Below, piece after piece: positions 8,966 to 18,801 of a stretch of DNA of 64,000 nt. Origin of the DNA: Lachnospiraceae bacterium (GTDB lineage: Bacteria > Bacillota > Clostridia > Lachnospirales > Lachnospiraceae). The stretch spans positions 3,677-67,676 of the forward strand of contig JBJENW010000108.1 of assembly GCA_051880395.1 (NCBI GenBank). The letters run 5' to 3'. A program made the position numbers and the translations under genes. A model generated the notes under the pieces. It was given only the letters and a program-made list of their open reading frames with translations. It was not told the origin of the DNA and ran no database searches. Positions within the stretch are counted from its first letter, which is position 1, and each line of letters opens with the position of its first letter.

Positions 8966-10288
8966 TTAATTTTTCTTTCTCTTTTCTGCCAAGATCAGTT
9001 TCTTTTCCGTCTTGATCGACTGTGCTAACTGCCGTCTTGCCGGACAAATAAAGCTGCAGCTTCCGCATTCAATACATTCTAGGCCATGCCATTTTTCAAA
9101 CTGATCCGCCTGTTTATTTTCAGAAAAATCAGCCAAACGAGAAGGCACAAGCTGCTCCGGACATGCTTCCACACAGCGTCCACAGTTGATACAAGCCGTT
9201 GTCTCATATGCTGCTACCTCATCTTTTGTCATGGCAAGTAGTGCAGACGTTGTCTTTGTTGTTGGGACTTCTAAACCAAACATCGAAAATCCCATCATCG
9301 GGCCTCCGGCAATAATTTTTTCCGGCTGCTCCTTAAACCCACCGGCAGCGTCTAATAACTCCTGAAAACTGGTTCCGATATTAAAATAAAAGTTTCCTGG
9401 ATTTTCTACCGCATTTCCTGTTACGGTAAAGATTCGGTGCATCACCGGCTGCCCTAACATAACCGCATTGTAAATAGAGATCATCGTCTCCACATTATCA
9501 ACGATACAGCCCGCATCTGCCGGCAGCATTTTCGAATTGATCGAACGTTTTGTTGTCGCATAGATTAACTGACGTTCTCCACCCTGCGGATATTTTGTCC
9601 GAAGCGGTACCACTTCAATGCGTGGCTCATCTTTTGTCAATTCTGTCAGCTTCTCGATACAATCTTTTTTGTTGTCCTCGATACCAAGAAGACCTTTTGC
9701 ATGATCAAACAGTTTCAGAACAATTTTCATACCTGCAATCAATTTTTCCGGATTTTCAATCATACGACGATAATCGGATGTCAGATATGGCTCACATTCT
9801 GCGCAGTTTGCAATAATGTAATCAATTTTTTCCGGTTCTTTTGGTGAGAGTTTCACATGTGTCGGGAATCCGGCACCTCCCATTCCGACGACACCGGCTT
9901 CTTTGATTCGGTTAACAATTTCTTCTTTGGATAATGCATCCAGATTTTCTGCCGGATGATACTCCACTTCGTTAAATTCTCCATCGCTTTCGATCACGAT
10001 AGATGTTACCATGTCGCCTACTGCAACACGTCTCGGTTCAATCGCCTTTACTGTTCCCGATACGGAAGAATAAATCGGCGCGGATACAAATCCACCGGCT
10101 TCGGCAATTTTCTGTCCTTTTAAAACCGTGTCTCCTACTGCCACAATCGGCTTTGCCGGCGCACCTATGTGCTGTGAAACCGGATAAACAAGTTCGCCTT
10201 TGGGCAATACTTCCTGGACAGGTTTATCTTTGGATAAATCTTTACCGTCATAGGGATGGACTCCACCTTTAAAAGTACTTAAACCCAT
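8966..10288 (-). CDS. rnfC: Rnf complex subunit C (NADH-binding, 2x[4Fe-4S])
   Basis: 440 aa with MGGAGFPTHVK and CINCGRCVEACP / CIECGSCSFICP motifs. It is the first gene of the operon. Confidence 0.9.
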   Translation of the reverse strand: MGLSTFKGGVHPYDGKDLSKDKPVQEVLPKGELVYPVSQHIGAPAKPIVAVGDTVLKGQKIAEAGGFVSAPIYSSVSGTVKAIEPRRVAVGDMVTSIVIESDGEFNEVEYHPAENLDALSKEEIVNRIKEAGVVGMGGAGFPTHVKLSPKEPEKIDYIIANCAECEPYLTSDYRRMIENPEKLIAGMKIVLKLFDHAKGLLGIEDNKKDCIEKLTELTKDEPRIEVVPLRTKYPQGGERQLIYATTKRSINSKMLPADAGCIVDNVETMISIYNAVMLGQPVMHRIFTVTGNAVENPGNFYFNIGTSFQELLDAAGGFKEQPEKIIAGGPMMGFSMFGLEVPTTKTTSALLAMTKDEVAAYETTACINCGRCVEACPEQLVPSRLADFSENKQADQFEKWHGLECIECGSCSFICPARRQLAQSIKTEKKLILAEKRKKN

Positions 10289-10490
10289 ATTCTGTGCCCC
10301 ACTTTCTGTAATAAAATTATAGTTCTCTGCATATGTATATCGGTTATTATGCGAAAACCTTTACGCCTGAATTCTCCAATATTGTTTTCTTCCAAGCGCT
10401 CAAACTGTGCGTTTGATATAGCTATTATAACACAAAAAGCCATAAAATCAGTACTTTTTTCTTATCACATTGTTTTTTTTTTAATACTTT

Positions 10491-10520
10491 TTGACAAAAA
10501 ATATCTTAACCTGCTAAGAT
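10491..10520 (+). promoter_or_regulatory. candidate sigma-A promoter for the exonuclease leader
   Basis: TTGACA (10491-10496), an 18-nt spacer, then TAAGAT (10515-10520). A second TGnTATACT extended -10 lies at 10549-10557. Confidence 0.35.
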
Positions 10521-10575
10521 ACATTGCTTGTTTTCTAAAAAGATTTTGTGGTATACTAGAGTACAGCAAGATGCA

Positions 10576-10776
10576 CTCTCAAAGCTCTTTATCCTTGATT
10601 TTGAGAGTTCATACATAATGTTTTCTCGGAATCTCTTTGTGCTTGATTTTGTGAGATGATTTTTTGTCAGATGTGCACAAATTTATGAGGCGTACGTGGA
10701 GCGTACGTTGATTAAATTTGTGTGCATCTGACGGAAAATCATCCGCAAAAGCGGGCGCAAGGGAGATTCCGAGAGA
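10576..10776 (+). promoter_or_regulatory. structured 5' leader: a small hairpin (10576-10607) plus a ~154-nt hairpin (10623-10776)
   Basis: I paired arms 10623-10696 and 10702-10776 by hand. The result is about 70 paired positions, about 13 of them G.U on the plus strand and none A.C. The hairpin ends 25 nt before the ATG at 10802. Confidence 0.55.
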
Positions 10777-10801
10777 ACATCAAAAAAGGAGGAGGCTTTT
10801 T

Positions 10802-11947
10802 ATGCAAATCTGGCAAACAGAAACAAAATTGACAACGAAAGATTTGGAATATCTCACTTTTTTCCCAGAAAATGCGACTTTTTTTGACATCGAAACCACT
10901 GGTTTTTCTGCCGGACATGCCATCTGTTATCTGATCGGATGCGCATCCCGAAAAGAAAATCGTCTATTGATCACGCAGTTTTTTGCGGATCAGATAATTG
11001 ATGAGCAGAATGTTTTAGAAGCATTTCTGGCATATATCGCTGATTTCCAAATATTGATCTCTTTTAATGGAACCGGATTTGATCTCCCGTTTTTACAAAA
11101 ACGCTGTGAAATGCTATCGCTCCCGGTGGATTTTACAAATTTCCAGCAGACGGATATTTTTAAAGAAGTATCCGCGCTCAAAGAAGTCTTTTGTCTTCCA
11201 AATTACAAACAAAAAGCCATTGAAGCATTTCTTGGAATCATGCGCGAAGATCAATATAACGGCGGAGAACTGATCAACCAATATTTTTCCTATGAGAAAA
11301 CACAAGATTCCAAACTGCTTTCCCTTTTAAAACTGCACAATTACGAGGATGTTCTTGGAATGACCAAGCTGCTTCCCATTTTTTCTTATATTTCCTTTTT
11401 TCAGGGGAATTTTCACATTGCATCGCTTGAAAAGAACACGTTTACGGATTATGCAGGCGAGAAAAAGGAAGAAATGCTGTTTTCACTCACCTGTGATCTG
11501 ACCTTTCCAAAACGCCTCACCTGTCGTAAAGATGGAATTCATATGGTTTTTTCCAAAAATATTGTACAATTCTCTGTCCCAATTTATTCAGGAGAATTGA
11601 AATTTTTCTATCAGAATTACAAAGACTACTATTATCTTCCAAAGGAAGATATGGCCATTCACAAGAGTGTTGCGTTTTATGTCGATAAAAATTATCGAAC
11701 ACAAGCGAAGGCTGCCACTTGCTACAGCAAAAAGACCGGTTGTTTTTTGCCACAGTTTGATGACGTGATCTCGCCCTATTTTAAACTTGAATATAATGAC
11801 ACACACTCTTATTTTGAATGCACGCGTGAATTCTATGAATCGGATGACGATGTCAAACGCTATTGCATGCATATTCTCCATCATTTTCTCGAAAAAAAGA
11901 AGCAATCAAAAACCTCAAAAAAGACAAAAAAGCCGATTGTCGGATAA
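10802..11947 (+). CDS. RNase H-like / DnaQ-type 3'-5' exonuclease domain protein (YprB-like)
   Basis: FFDIETTGFS (ExoI DxE motif) lies near the N-terminus. I set the start at MQIWQTE, behind the AAGGAGGAGG RBS. The longer ORF start lies inside the leader hairpin. Confidence 0.6.
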   Translation: MQIWQTETKLTTKDLEYLTFFPENATFFDIETTGFSAGHAICYLIGCASRKENRLLITQFFADQIIDEQNVLEAFLAYIADFQILISFNGTGFDLPFLQKRCEMLSLPVDFTNFQQTDIFKEVSALKEVFCLPNYKQKAIEAFLGIMREDQYNGGELINQYFSYEKTQDSKLLSLLKLHNYEDVLGMTKLLPIFSYISFFQGNFHIASLEKNTFTDYAGEKKEEMLFSLTCDLTFPKRLTCRKDGIHMVFSKNIVQFSVPIYSGELKFFYQNYKDYYYLPKEDMAIHKSVAFYVDKNYRTQAKAATCYSKKTGCFLPQFDDVISPYFKLEYNDTHSYFECTREFYESDDDVKRYCMHILHHFLEKKKQSKTSKKTKKPIVG

Positions 11948-11970
11948 CTTTCCGACAATCGGCTTTTTTT
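11926..11970. terminator. bidirectional intrinsic terminator (exonuclease gene / cheR)
   Basis: The hairpin AGCCGATTGTCGG...CCGACAATCGGCT is flanked by an A-run and a T-run, between convergent genes. Confidence 0.8.
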
Positions 11971-12745
11971 ATATTTTTTCAAAAAAGAAAGACTGTTTCC
12001 TTGCATAATTCAACTCTTTATAATTTATGATCTGCTCTGTGCTACCGATGAAAAGAATTCCTCCCGGTTTCAAAGCTTCATTGAATTTGCGATAAATCTC
12101 TTCTTTTGCTTCTTCTGTAAAGTAAATCAATACATTCCGGCATACAATCAGATTGCAGCCTTGCGGGTACGGATCTTTTAACAAATTATGTTCTTTAAAA
12201 TCCACACGCGACTTAATCTCATTTGAAATTTGATAAGAAGGTCCTACTTTTGTAAAATACTTCTTTTTCAAATCCTCTGGCACAGCTGCGATACTTTTCT
12301 CATTGTACAGACCTACACGTGCTTTTTCCAGCACTTGCTTATCAATATCCGTTGCAGTGATTCGAATCTGATTCAACGGCATAAACCGTGATAATGCCAT
12401 CACCAGTGAATATGGTTCATCTCCTGTTGAACAGGCAGCACTCCAAATCTTCAGGTTTTTGCCAAATTTCTGAATCAGTTCCGGGAATACCTGCTGTTCC
12501 AAAAGTTTCCATTGTTCCGGATTTCGATAAAACTCCGAAACATTGATCGTAAGAAAATTGACAAACTGATCAAACTTTTGTTTGTCTTTTTTGATCATCT
12601 GCACATACGCATCGTAAGAATTTGCACCATTTTTTGTAAGCAGCGTATCAATTCGCCGACGCATCTGTTTCTCCTTATAAGAATTCAGATCAATTTTCGT
12701 CAATGCGAATACATCTTTTTTGAATTTTTCATACCCTTCAAACAT
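11969..12745 (-). CDS. cheR: chemotaxis protein methyltransferase CheR
   Basis: 258 aa with EFYRNPEQW (the CheR TxFFR-type motif) and the SAM-binding segment IWSAACSTGDEPYS. Confidence 0.88.
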   Translation of the reverse strand: MFEGYEKFKKDVFALTKIDLNSYKEKQMRRRIDTLLTKNGANSYDAYVQMIKKDKQKFDQFVNFLTINVSEFYRNPEQWKLLEQQVFPELIQKFGKNLKIWSAACSTGDEPYSLVMALSRFMPLNQIRITATDIDKQVLEKARVGLYNEKSIAAVPEDLKKKYFTKVGPSYQISNEIKSRVDFKEHNLLKDPYPQGCNLIVCRNVLIYFTEEAKEEIYRKFNEALKPGGILFIGSTEQIINYKELNYARKQSFFFEKI

Positions 12746-12766
12746 ATTGATCCCCTCACAGACTTT

Positions 12767-14686
12767 TTATTCTTCTGATTCGGTCTCGTCTTTGTCGTCC
12801 GTTAAAAGTGCTTTCATACTTAAGCTGATCTTCTTTTCTTCCTCGTTAAAATCTACGATTTTTGCTTCGATTTCCTGTCCGACTTTTAATACATCCGCCG
12901 GTTTTTCTACGTGCTCTTTTGCAATCTGGGATACATGTAACAATGCATCTACGCCCGGAGCCAGTTCTATGAATGCACCGAAATCTGTCATTCTTGCAAC
13001 TTTTCCGTTTACAATGTTTCCAACTGCAAATTTTTCAGCAGCATTATTCCAAGGATTTTCATCTTCAAATTTCATGCTGAGTGCAATCTTTGTACCGTTG
13101 ATATCCTTGATGAATACTTTTACAACATCACCTACTTTAAATACTTTCTTCGGGTTTTCTACTCTTCCCCAAGACATTTCAGAGATGTGCAGTAATCCGT
13201 CTGCTCCGCCAAGATCGATAAATGCACCGAAATCTGTAACGTTTTTCACGGTTCCTTCGATCACATCGCCAACATTGATTTTTGCAAATAATTCTTTCTG
13301 TAATTCTTCTTTTTTTGCAACCAGTAACTGTTTTCTGTCACCGATGATTCTTCTTCTTCTCGGGTTAAACTCGCTGATTACGAATTCGATATCCTGATCT
13401 TTATATTTGCTCAGGTCTTTTTCGTATGTATCAGAAACGAGACTTGCCGGAATAAAGACTCTTGTTTCGTCAACAACAACACTCAAGCCACCATCGAGTA
13501 CCTGTGCCACTTTTGCTGTCAGCACTTCTTTGTTCTCGAATGCTTCCTCTAACCGTTTGCTTCCTTTTTCTGCTGCAAGACGTTTGTAAGTCAGTAATAC
13601 CTGTCCTTCACCGTCATTTACTTTCAATACCTTTGCTTCCATGGTATCACCAACGGAAACCTGTGTGGTTAAGTCAACATTCGGTTCGTTTGTGTACTCG
13701 TTACGGGTAATAATTCCGTCAGATTTGTAACCAATATTTAAAATAATCTCGTCCGGTTTCACATCAATAACGGTACCTTCGACTACCTCTCCATTTCTTA
13801 TTGTTTTTAATGATTCTTCTAACATTTGTTCAAAAGTCTGCTCTGACATTCTTTTTTGAACCTCCTCAATAATATTATTTGGGGTAGAAGCCCCTGCGGT
13901 AATACCTACGCTATCAACGGATCCAAACTGAGTTAAATCCAAGTCATCGAGTGTCTGTATATAGTAAGTATTTTCACATTCCTTTTTGCATATTTCAAAT
14001 AACTTCTGTGTGTTTGAGCTATGCTTTCCACCAATGACAATCATGGCATCAACGCACCCTGCAATGTCGTAACTTTCTCGCTGCCGTTTTTCGGTCGCAT
14101 TGCAGATAGTATTTAAAACACTTATATCATACCCTTTTTTCGAGATAATTTCAACTAAATCTTGAAATTTCTTGTAATTAAATGTCGTTTGTGATACAAT
14201 ACACACCTTTTTGTGTGGATCAAGTTTCAATTTTTCAGCTTCCTGGGCCGAATTTACTACAAATGTGTACTCCGGATCGCTCCACCCACGAATGCCTTCT
14301 ACCTCCGGATGGGTCGGATTCCCGATGATCACGATCTGTTCTCCCAACGAACTATGTTCTTCCACAATACGATGGATTTTCAGAACAAACGGACATGTCG
14401 CATCTACAATGCGGAATCCATTTTTTTCCAATTTCTCATACACCTGTTTCGATACTCCGTGGGAACGGATCACGATAGTGGCAGCATTTAGTTTTTCTAA
14501 CTCTTTTAAATCTTCAATGACCTCCACACCTTTTTTTTTCAGATCATTGACCACCTCTTCATTGTGAATGATAGGACCAAACGTATACAAGGGTTTATTC
14601 CCTTTTTCCGCCTGTTCATACACCTGTTCCACCGCACGTTTTACACCAAAACAAAACCCTGCGCTTTCTGCTACCCGAACCTGCAT
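12767..14686 (-). CDS. ispH: bifunctional 4-hydroxy-3-methylbut-2-enyl diphosphate reductase / ribosomal protein S1-domain fusion
   Basis: The N-terminal ~280 aa are LytB/IspH-like (AGFCFGVKRAV, ATCPFV). The C-terminal half carries four S1 domains (e.g. GTVKNVTDFGAFIDLGGADGLLHISE). Confidence 0.9.
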   Translation of the reverse strand: MQVRVAESAGFCFGVKRAVEQVYEQAEKGNKPLYTFGPIIHNEEVVNDLKKKGVEVIEDLKELEKLNAATIVIRSHGVSKQVYEKLEKNGFRIVDATCPFVLKIHRIVEEHSSLGEQIVIIGNPTHPEVEGIRGWSDPEYTFVVNSAQEAEKLKLDPHKKVCIVSQTTFNYKKFQDLVEIISKKGYDISVLNTICNATEKRQRESYDIAGCVDAMIVIGGKHSSNTQKLFEICKKECENTYYIQTLDDLDLTQFGSVDSVGITAGASTPNNIIEEVQKRMSEQTFEQMLEESLKTIRNGEVVEGTVIDVKPDEIILNIGYKSDGIITRNEYTNEPNVDLTTQVSVGDTMEAKVLKVNDGEGQVLLTYKRLAAEKGSKRLEEAFENKEVLTAKVAQVLDGGLSVVVDETRVFIPASLVSDTYEKDLSKYKDQDIEFVISEFNPRRRRIIGDRKQLLVAKKEELQKELFAKINVGDVIEGTVKNVTDFGAFIDLGGADGLLHISEMSWGRVENPKKVFKVGDVVKVFIKDINGTKIALSMKFEDENPWNNAAEKFAVGNIVNGKVARMTDFGAFIELAPGVDALLHVSQIAKEHVEKPADVLKVGQEIEAKIVDFNEEEKKISLSMKALLTDDKDETESEE

Positions 14687-15354
14687 TATTTTTTCTTTTC
14701 CTTTACAATGTTTAAGATTTTTGTCACTACTTCGTCAATCGTAAGATCAGAGGAATCCACCAGAATCGCATCCTCTGCCTGTTTCAGCGGCGACACATCC
14801 CGATGCATATCCCGATAATCGCGATCTTCGATATCTTTCTCGATTTCTTTTAAATCACAGGCCTCTCCTTTGGCTTTTAATTCCTCATAACGACGCATCG
14901 CTCTTGTTTCCACGCTCGCCGTCAGATAGATTTTTACCGGTGCATCCGGAAGTACGCAGGTACCGATATCACGACCGTCCATAATGACGTCAGTTTCTTT
15001 TGCCAGCTGTTGCTGTAATTCCACTAATTTTTTTCGAACCGCCGGGTAAGCACTTGTCACAGAAGCTGTATTGCTGACCTGTTCGGTCCGGATTCGTCCG
15101 TTGACATTTTCGCCATTTAACAATACCTGCTGTTCTCCATCCTCGTATGCGATCTTTATTGAAATCTCATTACATATATCGGATACAATCGCCTCATTCT
15201 TTACATCCAGCCCTTTTTCCAGAAAATAAAGTGCCATCGCACGATACATCGCACCTGTATCAACGTAAATATAAGACAATGCACTTGCCACGCGCTTTGC
15301 GATCGTGCTTTTCCCTGCTCCTGCCGGTCCGTCAATTGCAATATTAAATCCCAT
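14686..15354 (-). CDS. cmk: cytidylate kinase
   Basis: IAIDGPAGAGKSTIAK P-loop, 222 aa, with the usual cmk-S1 synteny. Confidence 0.92.
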   Translation of the reverse strand: MGFNIAIDGPAGAGKSTIAKRVASALSYIYVDTGAMYRAMALYFLEKGLDVKNEAIVSDICNEISIKIAYEDGEQQVLLNGENVNGRIRTEQVSNTASVTSAYPAVRKKLVELQQQLAKETDVIMDGRDIGTCVLPDAPVKIYLTASVETRAMRRYEELKAKGEACDLKEIEKDIEDRDYRDMHRDVSPLKQAEDAILVDSSDLTIDEVVTKILNIVKEKKK

Positions 15355-15383
15355 GTTTCATTACTCCTTTGTCACTGCTATTT

Positions 15384-16613
15384 TTATTCTATGCTCATTC
15401 CAGCCAAATGGCCGCTAGACCATGCGATCTGTAAATTAAACCCACCTGTCATTGCATCCACATCCAGTACCTCACCTGCAAAAAACAGGCCTTTTATTTT
15501 TTTGGATTCCATCGTATGAGGATCGATCTCTTTCAAGGAGACTCCTCCTTTTGTGATAATGGCTTCCGTAAAATCCCTTGTTCCCGTCAATGTCAGCGGA
15601 AATCTACGTATTTTTTCCATCAGTTTCTGCCGTTCTTCTTTTGTAACCGCATTCACTTTTTTTTCCGGATCGATTCCACTGATTTCGATCATGACCGGAA
15701 TCAGTTTCGCCGGGAAAAGTTTTGCGATCGCATTTTTAAACTGTCGATTCTGATTTTGATCGAATTGGCGTAATATCCGCTTGTCCAGCTGTTCGTCATC
15801 TAATGCCGGCTTTAAATCGATTTCCATGGAAAGTGTCTGTTTTTGCAGCACATCCGTAATCTTTGAACTCGCACTTAAAATCAGCGGTCCGCTGACTCCA
15901 AAATGTGTAAACAGCATTTCCCCGAAATCCTCATACAAACATTTCTTTCCATTATAAATGTGTATTTCTACATTTTTTAATGATAACCCTTGTAATTCTT
16001 TTACATATTCTTCTGCCGTAGTAAGCGGGACAAGTGCCGGTAAACATGGTTTGACTGCCATCCCTGCCTCCTTAGCAAAACGATATCCATCTCCCGTTGA
16101 ACCGGTCGCCGGATAGGAACAACCTCCCGTGGCAACGATTACCGCTTCTGCTTCTATTATGTCACCATTTTTTAATTTTAAACCAGTCACCCGATCTTTT
16201 TCCATGCACAATTGCAAAACCTCTGTCTGCAAACAAACATTTACGTGCAATTCCCTCATTTTTCGATTGAGTGCCGCAATTACATCCGACGCGTGATCCG
16301 ACTCCGGAAACACACGATTTCCACGTTCCGTTTTTAATTTCAATCCAGTTTCTTCAAAAAACTGCATGACCTGAAAGTTATCATACCCGTAGATCGCACT
16401 GTATAAGAATTTCGCATTACCGTTGATATTTCGAAAAAGATCCTGTGTATCACAGGCATTTGTCAGATTGCACCTGCCCTTGCCGGTAATATATAATTTT
16501 TTGCCGGTTTTTTCATTTTTTTCTAAAACCGTAACGGTATGACCGTTCTCTGCGGCCGCGATCGCAGCTGCCATTCCGGCCGGTCCTGCACCTACCACTA
16601 CTACTTTACTCAT
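15384..16613 (-). CDS. NAD(P)/FAD-dependent oxidoreductase, HI0933/YhiN/BaiN family
   Basis: VVVVGAGPAGMAAAIAAAENG dinucleotide fold, 409 aa, and a C-terminal GEVLDVDAMTGGFNLQIAWSSG segment typical of the family. Confidence 0.8.
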   Translation of the reverse strand: MSKVVVVGAGPAGMAAAIAAAENGHTVTVLEKNEKTGKKLYITGKGRCNLTNACDTQDLFRNINGNAKFLYSAIYGYDNFQVMQFFEETGLKLKTERGNRVFPESDHASDVIAALNRKMRELHVNVCLQTEVLQLCMEKDRVTGLKLKNGDIIEAEAVIVATGGCSYPATGSTGDGYRFAKEAGMAVKPCLPALVPLTTAEEYVKELQGLSLKNVEIHIYNGKKCLYEDFGEMLFTHFGVSGPLILSASSKITDVLQKQTLSMEIDLKPALDDEQLDKRILRQFDQNQNRQFKNAIAKLFPAKLIPVMIEISGIDPEKKVNAVTKEERQKLMEKIRRFPLTLTGTRDFTEAIITKGGVSLKEIDPHTMESKKIKGLFFAGEVLDVDAMTGGFNLQIAWSSGHLAGMSIE

Positions 16614-16819
16614 TCTTTCTCTCCTAAAAATTTTCGAACCTAATTTAGAAGTATAACAGAAAAATTTAAAAAAAACTAGTATAATTCCTTAAAATTGTAT
16701 TAATTTCCACCCATTTCCCTTGTTTTACTTTTCTCATATATGGTATGATAAATGTAAATGAGTGCCTGGCTTTACAAAATAAAGTCTGCCTCAAATATTA
16801 TTTTCATGGAGGTAAACCA

Positions 16820-18190
16820 ATGATTACAAACACTCTAAGCGAAATTACACCGGAAATTCTGCAGCTTGCAAAGTTGTGCCAGGAAAATGCGTCCATTGAT
16901 CCTGCACTGTATGCAGAATATGATGTAAAACGCGGATTGCGTGACTTAAACGGAAAAGGTGTCTTGGTCGGTCTGACAGAAATTTCCGATGTCTGTGCCA
17001 CAAAAGTCGTGGATGGCGACGTTGTTCCTGCTGACGGTAATCTGTATTATCGTGGATACAATGTCAAAGACCTTGTGCAGGGACTCGATAAAAATGCTCA
17101 CACCGGTTTTGAAGAAACCACCTATTTATTGCTTTTTGGCGAGCTTCCGACGCAAAAACAGTTGGCGGATTTCTGTAAGCTGCTTTCGAATTACCGAACA
17201 CTCCCGACCAGTTTTGTACGTGACATCATCATGAAAGCGCCAAGCCACGACATGATGAACACACTGGCTCGAAGCGTTCTGACTCTGTATTCCTATGACG
17301 ACCGTGCAGATGACATCTCACTCCCGAACGTTCTGCGCCAGTGTCTGCAGCTGATCAGCTTATTTCCTCTTTTATCTGTCTATGGATATCAGGCTTACAA
17401 ACACTATCATGACGGTGCCAGTCTTTATATCCACCCACCAAAACCGGAATATTCCACTGCAGAAAACATTCTGCATATTTTACGTGCAGACAGTCAGTTC
17501 ACACCATTAGAAGCAAAACTTCTGGATATTGCGCTGATTTTGCACATGGAGCACGGCGGTGGAAATAACTCCACCTTTACCACGCATCTCGTTTCTTCGT
17601 CCGGTACTGATACTTACTCTGTGATCGCCGCCTCTCTTGGTTCCCTCAAAGGTCCAAAACACGGCGGTGCCAACATAAAAGTCGTGCAGATGTTTGCTGA
17701 CATGAAGCAGCATGTAAAAGACTGGACCAGTGAAGCAGAAGTGGGCGACTACCTGCGTGCACTTTTACACAAAGAGGCATTCGATCACGCGGGCTTGATC
17801 TATGGTATGGGACATGCGGTTTATTCGCTGTCGGATCCTCGTGCACAGATTTTCCGTTCCTTTGTCGAACAACTTTCCAAAGAAAAAGGTCGGGAAGAAG
17901 AATTTGCGCTTTATACGCTAGTAGAACGTCTGGCTCCACAGATCATCACCGAGGAGCGCAAAATCTACAAAGGTGTCAGCCCGAATGTCGATTTTTTCAG
18001 TGGTTTTGCTTACAGCATGCTGGATCTGCCATTGGAATTATATACCCCGATTTTTGCGATCGCCCGTATTTCCGGCTGGAGTGCGCACCGATTAGAAGAA
18101 TTGTCCTACAGCGGAAAGATCATGCGTCCGGCTTATAAAAATGTACAGCCGCACCGCGCGTATGTTCCGATGAGTGAACGCCACGAATAA
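16820..18190 (+). CDS. citrate synthase
   Basis: LILHMEHGGGNNSTF and GMGHAVY motifs. The start is at MITNTLSE behind a GGAGG RBS. The longer ORF start lacks an RBS. Confidence 0.88.
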   Translation: MITNTLSEITPEILQLAKLCQENASIDPALYAEYDVKRGLRDLNGKGVLVGLTEISDVCATKVVDGDVVPADGNLYYRGYNVKDLVQGLDKNAHTGFEETTYLLLFGELPTQKQLADFCKLLSNYRTLPTSFVRDIIMKAPSHDMMNTLARSVLTLYSYDDRADDISLPNVLRQCLQLISLFPLLSVYGYQAYKHYHDGASLYIHPPKPEYSTAENILHILRADSQFTPLEAKLLDIALILHMEHGGGNNSTFTTHLVSSSGTDTYSVIAASLGSLKGPKHGGANIKVVQMFADMKQHVKDWTSEAEVGDYLRALLHKEAFDHAGLIYGMGHAVYSLSDPRAQIFRSFVEQLSKEKGREEEFALYTLVERLAPQIITEERKIYKGVSPNVDFFSGFAYSMLDLPLELYTPIFAIARISGWSAHRLEELSYSGKIMRPAYKNVQPHRAYVPMSERHE

Positions 18191-18227
18191 AAAAGAAAAG
18201 GCTGGTTTTTCCAGTCTTTTCTTTTTT
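18189..18227. terminator. bidirectional terminator after citrate synthase
   Basis: The hairpin AAAAGAAAAGGCTGG-TTTTT-CCAGTCTTTTCTTTT has a T-run and lies between convergent genes. Confidence 0.7.
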
Positions 18228-18591
18228 AGTGAAGTTTATATTTCAAAAATTCCTGTCTCCACTTTTGAAGACAAGCACAGTAAACGATTGCATAAAGTAA
18301 AAATACGATCAATAAAATTTTGACTGCTAAGCCAATCGGCGTCAATAATGTATCCACAATTCCTGTGATTCCTGTCAAAATCGCACAGCCTCCGAATAAA
18401 ATCGTCGGCACAGATGCCGCTTTAACGAAACTGTTTTCGTCCGACTGTTTCTTATTTAACTCTTTTTCGTCAGCCAGCCAGGAACTCACTTTCCCTGTTC
18501 TTTTCATCTGAGCCCCTGCAAAGCATATATAACCGCCGAACAAAAGCAACGGCAAATAGAGTACAATACATAAAAACAACGTTGTTTTCAT
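18226..18591 (-). CDS. small membrane protein, function unknown
   Basis: 121 aa with hydrophobic segments at both ends and a charged central loop. I see no recognisable motif. Confidence 0.5.
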   Translation of the reverse strand: MKTTLFLCIVLYLPLLLFGGYICFAGAQMKRTGKVSSWLADEKELNKKQSDENSFVKAASVPTILFGGCAILTGITGIVDTLLTPIGLAVKILLIVFLLYAIVYCACLQKWRQEFLKYKLH

Positions 18592-18801
18592 ATGGATTCT
18601 CCTTTTTAAAATTTTTTATATTTAAATTATACTCAACCATTACATTTTTTTCAACATCTACCGATACATATAGTAAGATTATAAATATACTAGAATGCGT
18701 ATACATTTTATCAAAGATTTGTTTTTTTATTGAAAACTGTCGCATTTTGGTGTACTATGTATATATATTATGGAATTTTCTATGAGTGGAGGAGAGGCTA
18801 C

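Noticed and set aside
10349-10618. 89-aa ORF in the rnfC / exonuclease intergenic region.
   Set aside because: It sits in very AT-rich promoter DNA, has no RBS, gives a low-complexity product and overlaps the predicted promoters and first leader hairpin.
10623-10776. Idea that the A-versus-G differences between the two hairpin arms reflect a diversity-generating retroelement (TR/VR adenine mutagenesis).
   Set aside because: The arms are inverted rather than direct repeats and lie in non-coding leader DNA. No reverse transcriptase or Avd gene is in the window. G.U wobble in an RNA hairpin explains the pattern more simply.
12720-13397. 225-aa plus-strand ORF overlapping cheR and ispH-S1.
   Set aside because: It is antisense to two confidently identified genes and gives a Ser/Phe/Thr-rich low-complexity product.
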